Source: Chiloscyllium plagiosum
Taxonomy: Eukaryota
NCBI RefSeq assembly: GCF_004010195.1
Contig: NC_057721.1
Span: 52,081,261-52,145,260 of the forward strand
DNA: 64,000 bases
Reading direction: 5' to 3'
The notes under the pieces are model-generated. The model saw only the letters and a program-made list of their open reading frames with translations. It ran no database searches and was not told the DNA's origin. Below are positions 24,900 to 36,800 of this stretch, piece by piece. Position 1 is the first letter of the stretch. Each line of letters starts with the position of its first letter. Made by a program: the position numbers and the translations under genes.

Positions 24900-27800
24900 T
24901 GATGATATAGGGAACTGGATTTGTTACAAGAAGCTTTGGCCAATACTGATTAATAAAATTGCAGAACCATTCATTTGGGCTATGTTTGGCATTGGATACA
25001 AATCCATTGCGCATTTTGTAGATTGGTTAAAATGTTACATAGATTATTTAAACAATAAAGGACTAAAGTCAAGGAATTTGAAGATTCTATTGCTGCAGTT
25101 TTGAGGATGACTGCATGCTAAATTAAGAAAGAGAGTGGTACTTCCCTATGCAATAGTGGGACAAACAACTTAATTAGCACAAATTAATTGCAAATTGAAG
25201 CACCCTTCTGTTCAACCGATTATCTATGAACAAGACTAAATAAAACTGGACATTGAACATGACAAGGCAATTAATTCTGAAACATCAATGGATTTAGAGT
25301 TTTCACAATTCATACATTAGTATATGCCTTTAACAAGACACAACTCTAATCAAAATATTAAGATATAATGAAAATATATTCTAGATGTTATTGGTGTCAA
25401 GGGATAGGAGTTTAAATGTTAAAAGATTAATTATCTTAAAACTACATTTGCAGTTTGCTCATCCATCGCCTCAAACCATACTAAAGGATCCAAGAATAAG
25501 GAATGCTGAATACACTAAACCTACAGAAGAGATCAAGGATACATGTGATTTGTGTAAAAAACATAGGAGGAAGCCATACATATGGGCATCCCCTGTTAGC
25601 AAAATACTCTAAAGATATTGTAGCAATCTTGAAGGTCTTGGATGAGCAAATAAACATTTTCATGCTGCACTTTGTAGATGTGGCAACAAGACCTGGTCAG
25701 TCCATATTAATAAACAGTAAATGAAGAAGAATAATAGTGGACAAGGTAATGGAGAAAAGGATAAGGACTGGGTTGGGGTCACTGGCGAAATTTCTTAATT
25801 GAGCGAGGTAGAATTTGCCAAGAGTGAACTTAGGAATGTGTATGAAAATATAAACATTGTAGTAATGAACACAGATGGGGAAAATACCTTTAGTAATAGC
25901 TGAGTGTGCGAAATAAATTACATGGTAGTGGATAACATGTTTAATAATTTGCGACTTGGTTGGTCAACTAGGATTTTAATATTTGCCCTAATTCTTGCAG
26001 TTCACATGAAGAACTTACTACAAATAGTACGGTCCTTATTAATTAAGGGGGAAATCTTCTTTTGGGAGAAAGCTAGATATTTCTTCAGCATCAAGTGTTC
26101 ATCTCCCAGCTTAGGAAGGGACTGCAATTAATTTCACTTTTTCTGAGTACTTCAATGCCCTGCATACATGGAAATGGTATGCATCAAGAGTGAGGTTTCA
26201 CAGAAAAATTTGATAAATGCTACAGCATCATAGAAGGCCATCAGAATAAATTTGAATCTGGGGACATAGTAAATTACAATGAGAAGAATAGAAAGAGTGG
26301 AAGGGTCTCTGTAAAGCTACAGGCAATAATAAAAATATGTAACCTTTCATCATGGCAACCAATTAAGGTATATTGCTCAAGGTTAATTGGCATTGATTAG
26401 ATATTGACAGAATCTGCACAAGTCATTGAAAGTAATGAGGCACCTATTATAGACCAGTGCAAACTCCCTCAAAATACATTAAGAAGATAGTCGAGACCCT
26501 AACTTTTTCTGAATTTAAAGGTAAGTGTAAGTGTTGTGTCCCAGATACAATTCAATTGATCCAACTACTCAACCTTAAACAAAACGCATTTAATTTTTAA
26601 GCTATAGTTAAAATACAAAATAAAATAAATGAATTGGCTTAACTGTAACTATCAAATACTTAATAAAATAATATATACATAAAATTATCTATTCCAATAT
26701 AATGTCAGCCTATAAACACAACCTTGGCAAAGGCAAATTCAGTATAATAGAGTATCTCACATGCAGTTATAGTAGCAGGAAGAGAACTCTAGCTTTTAAC
26801 TGTAACACAGAGAAGAATGAGCTTCAAAATCAAACTTCAGATTCCAGTAACTGCTACTAAAAGCTAAAATAAGAATCCTGGTTCTGTGCAAGCTTGACCC
26901 CACCCATTCAGGCTGCTTGTATTGTTCTAACTTTAAAAAAAATCCAAGGCCTCACAAGCTGTTTAGTCTATTGGCTTTGAGCAGACTACCCAGCAACTCT
27001 GTCTCAATGGTCCTTCATAAAAAAAGGACAAAAACACCTCCTTAAGCCATAGTATCATCACAAACCATACAGTTTGCATTCATATATGGTTGACAATTAT
27101 GAGAACCCTATTACAACAAATGAAGGGCTGACTGAATATGGACAAAGTGATATGGAGATGCACAACAAGGCTAATTGCTCCAGAAAAACTCTGAAGTTTG
27201 GCAAGAAAATAACATAAATGCAGAATGGGTCATGGCTTAGAGGAATACCATTATTATAGGGGACACCACTACAAAATACAAGCATTGTCTAAAAATACAA
27301 GATGAGGGACAGAAGAAAATATCCATGGATTGACAGAATGAGATACAGATGTGAAATTTCAGAAAATGCAACTTTGAAAATAGACCTGAAGTGAACATGG
27401 GACTAGGAAAGGATTGTGAGATTGTAAAAGGATTTCTGATCACTGGATGGGAAATCTTTTAGTAGCAGTCTGGAACCAGATAGAAGGATGAGTAGAAGAC
27501 ATGGTTTGACAAGAACAATGACTATAGAGCAGGTTGGGAATAATGCAGGACGCATAACCCTCAAGATCAAGCAGTTTTAGAGGCGACAAACACATATGAA
27601 CTTACCTTCATATAAGGAAGCAAAAAGGGTTTAGAGCTGGAAAGAAGATGTTGTATACCCTGCAGTACTAGACTGGGGACAGTTTCAAGATAGTTTAAAG
27701 ATCCTGAGGAGACTTGACAGTTAAGATGGTTTGGAAGTGAAGGCTATAATGAAATGTGCCAGTGCTGTTCAGATGTTGAGATCAAATGAACGTTAACAAA

Positions 27801-28770
27801 AGCAAATTTGCAAAAATGCACACTCATGTTTTCAGCCTTGTGTGACCCAAACATGAAGCTGATCCCTTTTAGCAATGCTTCAGATACCAATCTTGCAGAT
27901 GGCTATATCTACATGGAAAGGTTTATCATATCCTTGGTGGGAAAGATAATTTTTTTTTATTATTCATTCAGGGGATGGGTCAATATTTATTGTCCATGTT
28001 GAGTTACTCTCCAGCAGACAGTGGCTCCTTGCCTTCTTGAACTCTGCAGTCCCTTTGGTGTAGATACACCCATGGCGCTGTTCCAGATGGAGTTCTCAGA
28101 TTTCGACCCAGGCAAGTTGAGAGTATTTCATCTTCTGATGTAGATTGTGGACAGAGTTTGGGGAGTCAGGAAGTGAATTACTCACTGCAGAATTCCTAAC
28201 CTCCAACTTGCTTTTGTAGCCACAGTACACATCAGCAGCAAATGCCAGGATGTTGATTGTTGAGGATTCACTGATGGTAACACCATTGAATGTCAAAGGC
28301 TGAGGGTTAGATTCTTTTATTGGAAATGGTCATTGTCTGTCACCTGTGTGGTGCAAACTTTGTCTATTGGCCTGGGAAGTCAGGGAAATAAAAAGAGCAT
28401 TTGAAGGTATCTTGGTAGCTGAAAAATTGGCCATTGTCAGATCTATAGATATGGGGTATATTGAGTCGATATTCTAAAGGAAATCCTGTACGAGAGGCAA
28501 CCTAAGCAAAGTTTGCCCATAGAACATTTTGTGGATTTTCTTTGGGACAATCTACACTATTTTCTTTTGTTCATGGGTTCTGGGTTGTTGACTTGTCCTT
28601 GCCAGCTTAAAGGCAATATTACAAAGAAAACAAATTCCCAAATATATAGGTTAACACAAGTTACCTGTTGTCAAACAGACTATTCCATTAAAGATAGTGC
28701 TTACCATACAAAATTATTGGAAACCTTCAAAGAGAGGAGCCTGTTAGATATGTCGAATTATTAACAAACT
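24900..28770 (+). mobile_element. Decayed Ty1/copia LTR retrotransposon (PR-INT-partial RT-RNase H)
   Basis: Motifs in copia order: protease-like AMFGIGYKS..DWLKCYIDYL (about 24980), integrase zinc finger KLHLQFAH...CDLC (about 25440-25555), core HFVDVATR, EWKG, then RNase H-like FSNAS, AWExREIKRA..GILVAE and QTDYSIKDSA..KLLETF. Confidence 0.65.
26446..27062 (-). mobile_element. Solo LTR inserted into the copia relic
   Basis: The - strand begins TGTGATGATACT and ends ...AAAGTTAGGGTCT...TTTTGAGGGAG...CTGGTCTATAATA, homologous to the ends of 16400-17205. Confidence 0.6.
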
Positions 28771-29365
28771 GAAAACTATCATTTTTTGTTAAGTTTGTTG
28801 TGAATAAGTGTGTATGATTGTTTCATTCTAAGAAAGAGTGAAGTAAATATTTTTAATCAACCTGTTCAGATGTAACAACACACACCAAAGAAGCAAGTGA
28901 GGCTCGAGTGTTGGTCCTCTGGAAGGAAGGGATAAATGGGAGGTTGATTGTGTTACAGGGAACATGAAAAGGTACATATAATGTAACCAATCAATAACAT
29001 TATAACACAGATACAAAACATGAAAAAAACACTCTTTCTTTCATTAGCTGTGTTTAAAGATTGTGTGTCTTCAAAGATTTTGATTTTAAAAATGAGAATT
29101 TCTTAATATAATGTGTAGCTAAATAGCATGTAGCTAAACAAGTTATCGAAGCTAATTGGTTAATTCATTGACAGAACTGTAAGAATGAGGCGTTAATAAA
29201 CTGTATCCACAAAGAAGCATGCTTTCTCACTGACTGGCCTGGATGCAAATTGATATTATGGAAACAAAACTCCATTAAAGATAATACGCTGATAATGGAA
29301 TGGTATGACTTCAATTGTGTGTCTACCAATGAATTGTGAAATGTTTCATCATTAAACCTTCACAG

Positions 29366-29475
29366 ATGCAAGGCCTGACATAATTGTTGCATGGGCAATA
29401 GTAGTAAGACTGATGATCCTTGTTATGGCAACACTGATTGCGATGGCAGCATTTAAATTATGTTTCAGATCTCAC
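29366..29475 (+). CDS. IgSF receptor, transmembrane exon with intramembrane Arg: DARPDIIVAWAIVVRLMILVMATLIAMAAFKLCFRSH
   Basis: Acceptor aaaccttcacag| in phase 1, about 25 hydrophobic residues containing one Arg, basic stop-transfer residues, and donor CAC|GTAAGT in phase 0. Confidence 0.88.
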
Positions 29476-29607
29476 GTAAGTACACTCTTTTACATGTCAT
29501 GTTATGAAACACGTGTCACGTCTGCTTTGTCACTAGGCTTCTTCCAGGGTCAGTGAGCACAGGTACTGTATGGTTTTTAAAATTCTTTCATTTGTATCTT
29601 TGTGAAT

Positions 29608-31040
29608 TATTTGGTAAAGATGGATAAATCCCCAGGACCTGATCAGGTGTACCCTAGAACTCTGTGGGAAGCTAGAGAAGTGATTGCTGGGCCTCTTGCT
29701 GAGATATCTGTTTCATCGATAGTCACAGGTGAGGTGCCAGAAGACGGGAGGTTGGCTAACGTGGTGCCACTGTTTAAGAAGGGTGGTAGGGACAAGCCAG
29801 GGAACTATAGACCAGTGAGCCTGACCTCGATGGTGGGCAAGTTATTGGAGGGAATCCTGAGGGACAGGATGTACATGTATTTGGAAAGGCAAGGACTGAT
29901 TAGGGATAGTCAGCATGGCTTTGTGCGTGGGAAATCATGTCTCACAAACTTGATTGAGTTTTTTGAGGAAGTAACAAAGAGGATTGATGAGGGAAGAGCG
30001 TTAGATGTGATCTATATGGACTTCAGTAAGGCATTCGACAAGGTTCCCAAGGGGAGACTGATTAGCAGGGTTAGATCTCACGGAATACAGGGAGAACTAG
30101 CCATTTGGATACACTGGCTCAAAGGTAGGAGACAGTGGGTGGTAGTGGAGGGTTGTTTTTCAGACTGGAGGCCTGTGACCAGTTGAATGCTACAAGGATC
30201 GGCACCGTGTCCTCTACTTTTTGTCATTTACATAAATGATATGGATGCGAGCATAAGGGGTACAGTTAGTAAGTTTGCAGATGACACCAAAATTGGAGGT
30301 GTAGTGGACAGCGAAGAGGGTTACCTCAGATTACAACAGGATCTTGACCAGATGGGCCAATGAGCTGAGAAGTGGCAGATGGAGTTTAATTCAGATAAAT
30401 GCGAAGTGCTGCATTTTGGGAAAGTAAATCTTAGCAGGATGTATACACCTTAATGGTAAGGTCCTAGAGAGTGGTGCTGAACAAAGAGACCTTGGAGTGC
30501 AGGTTCATAGCTCCTTGAAAGTGGAGTCACAGGTAGATAGGATAGTGAAGAAGGTGTTTGGTATGCTTTCCTTTATTGGTCAGAGTATTGAGTACAGGAG
30601 TNNNNNNNNNNNNNNNNNNNNNNNNNNNNNNNNNTTCCCTGGAGCGTCGGAGGCTGAGAGGTGGCCTTATAGAGGTTTACAAAATTATGAGGGGCATGGA
30701 TAGAGTAAATAGGCAAAGTCTTTTCCCTAGGTTGGGGAGTCCAGAACTAGAGGGCATAGGTTTAGGGTGAGAGGAGAAAGATATAAAAGAAACCTACGGG
30801 GCAAGTTTTTCACACAGAGGGTGGTACGTGTATGGAATGAGCTGCCAGAGGAAGTGGTGGAGGCTGGTACAATAGCAACATTTAAGAAGCATTTGGATGG
30901 GTATATGAATAGGAAGGGTTTGGAGGGACATGGGCTGGGTGCTGGCAGGTAGGACTAGATTGGGTTGGGATATCTGGTCGGCATGGACGGGTTGGACCGA
31001 AGGGTCTGTTTCCATGCTGTTCATCTCTATGACTCTATGA
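29608..31040 (+). mobile_element. Young 5'-truncated CR1 LINE with an assembly gap at 30602-30634
   Basis: KSPGPD...NYRPVSLTS...QHGF...CLTNL...MDFSKAFDKVP, KFADDTK, and a (CTCTATGA)n tail. Confidence 0.92.
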
Positions 31041-32289
31041 ACAACTGTTGTTTCAGGGATAACAGCACAGACAAAAAAACCTCTCCGAGTTCTTTTGTGA
31101 TCTTGTTTCTTTCAGATAGATGTTTGTTTGTATTACATTAGAATTAGTTTCTCCTAATCCCACAAAAAACTCACAAGCCAATCTTCAATTCACAAGTCAA
31201 TCTAAAATGCACAAATCCTTTCTATCAGTTTGGTTCTTGACAGTGTATGAGTAATTCCAGGCAAGAAAAAATATTCCAATTCTCCCATCATTGTTCTCGG
31301 CATCATAATCAATAATATCTTCAAAAGCAAACTGGATCAATAGATCATCATAAAAGGTGATGAATAAATGTTGAATGCAATAGATCATCTTAGAGCACAC
31401 GGTTTTCTCTGAGAGCTTATTATTCCATCAAACAGTTAAAGAAAGGAGAGAGAGCACATGATGATGTAAATTGTACCCAATGAAATGTCAGTGATATCTG
31501 AAGAGCTTTTTTCATTGCGTTCTTTGAGGTAAATGTTCTGCCTTTGAGCTTTCCTTTGAGGTAAACCTTCACTAAAATTAGTGTAACATTCATGAACATA
31601 ATGTAATGAAACCTACCCTATATTCAATGATATTTTTTGCAAACAGCATCAGAAAATTTAAAATTTTACTTATTGGTTTTTCACATGTGATTTCTAATCT
31701 TTGATTGCAGAGGTTATTCAAAATCCTGTCCAGACAATGCCTCTAAGATCTATACAATCAGTTTGAAGTGTGGTCACTGTGAAATGTAAAAATGTAACCC
31801 CATCCAACCTGTAACCTGTATTCTGGTGGGTGAGTAAGGTGTCAGGCAACCTGCGCCCACCCTTACACAAACTGAAGTCTATAAGTTGCCAACTGAATGT
31901 CACTTACAGACCTCATTCCACTTTTCTTGTCTGAACGTAGGGTGGCAGTTGGGAAGAAGAAAAATTACCATCCCACAACTTCACCAACTTCAGTGAAAAG
32001 ACAGGAAGGAAGAGAGTTTCCTCCTTTGCGATATATCCTGTGCCCATCAGGGACACTGCCACCACCTTCCAGTACCTCCCCACCCCTGTATGTAAACCCT
32101 AACCACCACCTCCTCATCCCTTAGGGACCAACATCCCACTCCCACTTCATTAATGCTGCTCCTGGGTTTTTATTGACTTTTCAACTGGGGTGGTATGGGT
32201 GTGGAAGGCCCAAGGAATAGTTCACCTTACAATTGCAAAATCCATATCAGTAATTCAATCATGACCAGGCATTTATTTTAAGAGACAGA

Positions 32290-32460
32290 TGCAGAAATTA
32301 CTGGAGAAACCCAGCAGGCCTGGGCAGCATCTGTGGAGAGAAAGCAGAGTTAATGGTTCAGGCCCCGTGACCTTTCTTCAGTTCGTGCTACCAGACCTGC
32401 TGAGTTTCCTCAGCAATTTCTGTTTATGATTCAGATTTCTGGCACCCATACTGGTTTATT
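32290..32460. mobile_element. Palindromic Penelope-derived element (second family)
   Basis: AGAAATTACTGGAGAAACCCAGCAGG is mirrored by CCTGCTGAGTTTCCTCAGCAATTTCT; same family at about 10985, 24370, 38670, 41715 and 56480. Confidence 0.6.
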
Positions 32461-33558
32461 TGTTTCAGTGACTTTGATTGAGGGATCAAGATGCTATGGA
32501 AACTTTTGTTCCATTCTTTGAATTCTTTTACATCTGTGATGCAGAGCAGATGGTGCCTTTGTTTAACACCGAACCTGAAAGATAGCACCTTAAATAGTGC
32601 AGCACCCCATCAGTACCACCTTTAGGTACAACAGAAGAGTATTTGCTCATGGTGTTCGGAATGGGCTGAAGACCCTCAGCAGCTGTGCCACTTATTAATT
32701 CAACTGTGACTAATCTATTCCTGGAGCTTCCTCACGTGACATAGCCTCCCCCAACCACCAAGCTCACCAACACCCCAAACAATTAGTTAACCAACACATC
32801 CAGCCTTATGACACATTGTGTTCCTACACAAATTGGAAAGTAAAAAAGACTTAATCCCCAATTTGATGATGCTTCCTGTCAGCCAAACAACCACTCCGCC
32901 CCCATTTTGGATATTTTTATTTCTGGTTAAAATGCTCATACAAAATTAAACAATATTGATTTTGTTATAGTTATATTCCTCAGATTCCCATGGATGAGTT
33001 CAGCAACATCCCGAAGATTGAATTTCTAATTCCTGGAGACTCCAGTCTCATCCGAGAGGGATTACACTCACTTAATCACATCTGACAATAATATTAAATA
33101 AGTGATTAAATGATAAGATATCTAGGCGAGACTCCATCTTCCCTTGCAAATGGATGTAAAGCCATCCCATGGTGCTATAAGATCTAACAGAAATGAAATT
33201 CAGCTTGAAACTGCATCTTCAGCAATATGCAAGATTGACAAGTTCATATTTGCCTTTAGTATAGCCTTATTATTTTGAAAGGAAATGGGGGCATGCATGA
33301 CTAAAGCACTCAGGATCATACACCTGACATAAAAGCGAAATTCACTGCCCCTCCAAAAAAATCTCAATTACTATTTGCTTTCTTTAATTTAATCCCAGGT
33401 CCAAGTATCTAACCTGTCCCTATCTAATCAGTGCGAGAAACCTTAGGAGTCTGCTATGTTTTTATACTATTTTCAGGTTCAGTGCATTACCAAGCTACCC
33501 ACAATTTCCCATTCCTATAATCATTCATTTAACATGTTTTGTTGTTTGTTGTTCCCAG

Positions 33559-33663
33559 GATACTGATGATGAATTTGAACGACCTTGTCTCAATCAAACA
33601 ATTAAGCTACAAACGGACCTCATTAGAACAAATTACGGAAAAGAACCTGGAAATCCACAATAG
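33559..33663 (+). CDS. IgSF receptor, candidate terminal cytoplasmic exon: DTDDEFERPCLNQTIKLQTDLIRTNYGKEPGNPQ*
   Basis: Strong acceptor ttttgttgtttgttgttcccag|, open in phase 0, followed by about 0.9 kb of unique AT-rich sequence with AATAAA near 33912, 34333 and 34516. Alternatives exist (see findings). Confidence 0.45.
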   Translation, partial: DTDDEFERPCLNQTIKLQTDLIRTNYGKEPGNPQ

Positions 33664-34774
33664 TCTAATGTGTAAATGATGTTACAATTTTGCTGTTTCC
33701 AACTCAAATTAAGTATACTTTACAGTATTATTAAATGCATCATTTATCTATCTTATATAAGAATCTTATTTGCAGACAAATCTGATTGCTTGTGATCAAA
33801 ATATACCATTCACATATTTTCTGACTTTCTAATTCTATACTTCCAATGACTGGACATGAGGAAATAATATGGTCAGCTGCATAAGATGCTAAAGACATGC
33901 CCACATTCCATAATAAACGCATACATCGGACCAACAGGAAGCTGAAATGTGTCAATACAATGGACATGAATAAGACCTGCATTCATGCAGTTCCTTTTGA
34001 TATGGCATATCCCAAAGTGCTTATAATGACAGCTGTGTTTGCTGACACCAACGAGTATGCACACTACTGTGATAGCTCTCGTAGGTATAGTTAGAAATTC
34101 CAATTAATGATATGTCAGGTAACAGACGTACAGGCAGTATCTGTGTTGTGAACAGGTTCCATTACTGAGTCCGTTCACAGGTCAATTTGTACACAATGCA
34201 AGACAATATCAAATAACTCTTTGTAAGTACAGGAATTGTTCATATGTTTAATTTATAAAATTATGCCCCTGTATTATATCTAATGGTGTAGGATTGTGTT
34301 CATAAGTACAAAATGTTGCTAAGTCTGATGTAATAAATTGGGCACCCGTGCAAACTGTAAAACAAAATACAACTTTTGTTTTAAATTTCAAAAAATAGGT
34401 CAGTGTTGTGCAAACATGCAGTTAGCAATAGTCAGCATTGGTTGCACATACCAATTAATTATTTTATTTTAGTAAACGTGTTTATTGTGATGACAGCATT
34501 CACAGTGGTCACATGAATAAACTGTGAAACAAAGTACAATTGTTCTTTTAATGATCATCTTAATTTAGAGCCCATGTGCATGGTGCATTGGTGTCAGCAA
34601 ACAGATCTTACAATGAAATAGTCATTTAAACTCACTAAGGCCAATCTAGCACAGAAACTAATCAACATCCTTTTTGCTCAAAAACGATCAAAGCTGCATT
34701 AGCATTTGGACTGAAATTGAGAAATATTTTGGAATCTTGAATTGCTGATACAAGCAATTACATTTAACCACTGT

Positions 34775-35068
34775 GGGCGGCACGGTGGCTAGCACTGCTA
34801 CCTCACAGCGCCAGAGACCCGGCTTCAATTCCCACCTCAGGCAACTGACTGTGTGGGGTTTGCACGTTCTCCCCGTGTCTGCGTGGGTTTCCTCCGGGTG
34901 CTCCGGTTTCCTCCCACAGTCCAAAGATGTGCAGGTTAGGTGAATTGACCATGCTAAATTGCCCGTAGTGTTAGGTAAGGGGTGGGTTGCGCTTCGGCGG
35001 GGCGGTGTGGACTTGTTGAGCCGAAGGGCCTGTTTCCACACTAAGTAATCTAATCTAATCTAATCTAA
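34775..35068 (+). mobile_element. HE1-like tRNA-derived SINE
   Basis: A box-like GGTGGCTAGC, B box-like GGCTTCAATTCC, V-SINE-like core and (TAATC)n tail. Confidence 0.85.
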
Positions 35069-35749
35069 ATAATTCTATTTCCCTGTTTGACTACTATAAA
35101 ATAATATTTTGTTAAGCCTTTCCACATATTACATTAGAATTGTCATTTAATAATTAAAACTCTGTAAACTAATACAGAGCCAACTCAACAACATATATGG
35201 ATTAAAATTGATTTAACTTCAAAAAGTCTGACATCATTATGGATTCTTATATAATTAATTCATTAAACATCACTGATGAAGGAGTCCAAAACCAGGAGTC
35301 AACAAGTTCAGTACAGTCAGGAATAAATTCAGTGAAGAACTCAACAGAAATGTCTTCACCCAGAGAGTGGTCAGACATGGAAATATCACGGGTGGCGTAG
35401 TTGAGGCAACTTAAACAAATGTTTTAATGGAAAGTGCACGTACAGGAGTGTAAAAGGAAGATGATGTGATATTGTATAAAATATCACTGTCAGAATGAGT
35501 GACAGTGTCTGAGTGTTCCCTTTATGTTAGTACTTGTAACATGCCACAAAGATTAGGTTCTTTTTGAGACAGGTGCCTTGAAGCTTATTTACAACACTAT
35601 TTAAATGACTCTATGATCACAAACGTACACATCACCTGGGCATCCTGCTTCCTGACTACAAAGAGCAAAGACTGAATTTACCAAAACTCGGTTAAGTGTG
35701 AATTTCATAAAGTTTCATTGCAAGTTTTTCTCCATAAACTCGAGTGATT

Positions 35750-36190
35750 TTGATTTGATTTGATTTATTATTGTCACACGTACCTAAGTACAGTGAAAAG
35801 TTTTGTTTGCGTGCCGTATAGGCAGATCATACCATACAAAGTGCATAAGGGTAATAGAACTGTGAGGAATAAAATTTTACGACTGAGAGAAAATGTTATG
35901 TGCACAAAGATTGAGGTCAACATTAAATGTGAAAGCTTTTGTACCTTTGGATGATGGTGGAGGTTGGAAGAGATTATAACTGGGGTGGGAGGGGGATCTT
36001 TGATGATTTTGGCTGTTTTTCCTGAGGAAGAGGGAAATATAAATGGAGTCAATGGATGGAAGGTTAGCTTGCATGATGGCTGCGTTCACAACTCTGTAGT
36101 TTGTTATGGTCCTGGGCAGAGCAGTTGTCATGCCAAGCCTTGATGCATCCAGATAGAATGCTCTCTATGGTGCATCTTTCAAAATTGGTA
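35750..36190 (-). mobile_element. Rex1/Babar LINE 3' fragment
   Basis: Homologous to 3117-3941 (ANLPSIDSIY). Confidence 0.65.
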
Positions 36191-36264
36191 TCATTTATCT
36201 CATGAAATTTTACATTGCTCACCTCAATATGTATGCACCAGACGACACTTCTACAGCATTACTA

Positions 36265-36800
36265 CAAAGAACAAAGATCAATATAGTATGGAACAGGCCA
36301 TTCGGCCCTCAAAGCCTGTGCTGACATATTTTGCCCTTCCATATTAAAACTGTCTTCACTTACAGCAGCCATATCCTTCTATTCCCTTCTCATTCATGTA
36401 TTTGTCCGGGTGTTTCTTGAATGCTGCTATTGTGTCGGCATCCACCACCTCCTCTGGCAGTGTGTTCCAGGCACTCACTACCCTTTGTGTGAAAAACTTG
36501 CCTCGCACATCTCTTTTAAACTACATCTCCGCCCACACCTTGAACCTGTGTCCCCTAGCAATTGACCCCTCCACCCTGGGAAGAAGCCTCATACTTTCCA
36601 CTCTGACCATGGCATTCACAAACTTTTAAATTCTATCAGATCATCTCTCAATCTCCTGTGTACCAAGTCCAGTCTATCCAACCTTTTCTTCATGGATAAA
36701 AAACCTCCATATCAGGCAACATCCTAGTAAACCTTTTCTGTACTGACTCCAAGGTATCCACATCCTTCGGTAGTGTGGTGACCAGAATTGTATGCAATAT
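36265..36800 (-). mobile_element. CR1 LINE 3' fragment
   Basis: FFTQRVVSAWNTLPEEVV on the - strand. Confidence 0.75.

Noticed and set aside
29537-29562. 26-nt micro-exon (ASSRVSEHR) leading to phase-2 tails
   Set aside because: It would need a 61-nt intron, below the usual vertebrate minimum; not excluded, but unsupported.
30602-30634. N run
   Set aside because: It is an assembly gap inside a young CR1 copy, not a biological feature.
12783-33663. Calling the gene CD47, TMIGD2 or NCR3
   Set aside because: The V-C1-single TM architecture matches none of them, and orthology needs a phylogeny, so no symbol is given.
34775-34850. tRNA gene
   Set aside because: The A and B boxes belong to a SINE head, and no complete cloverleaf is present.
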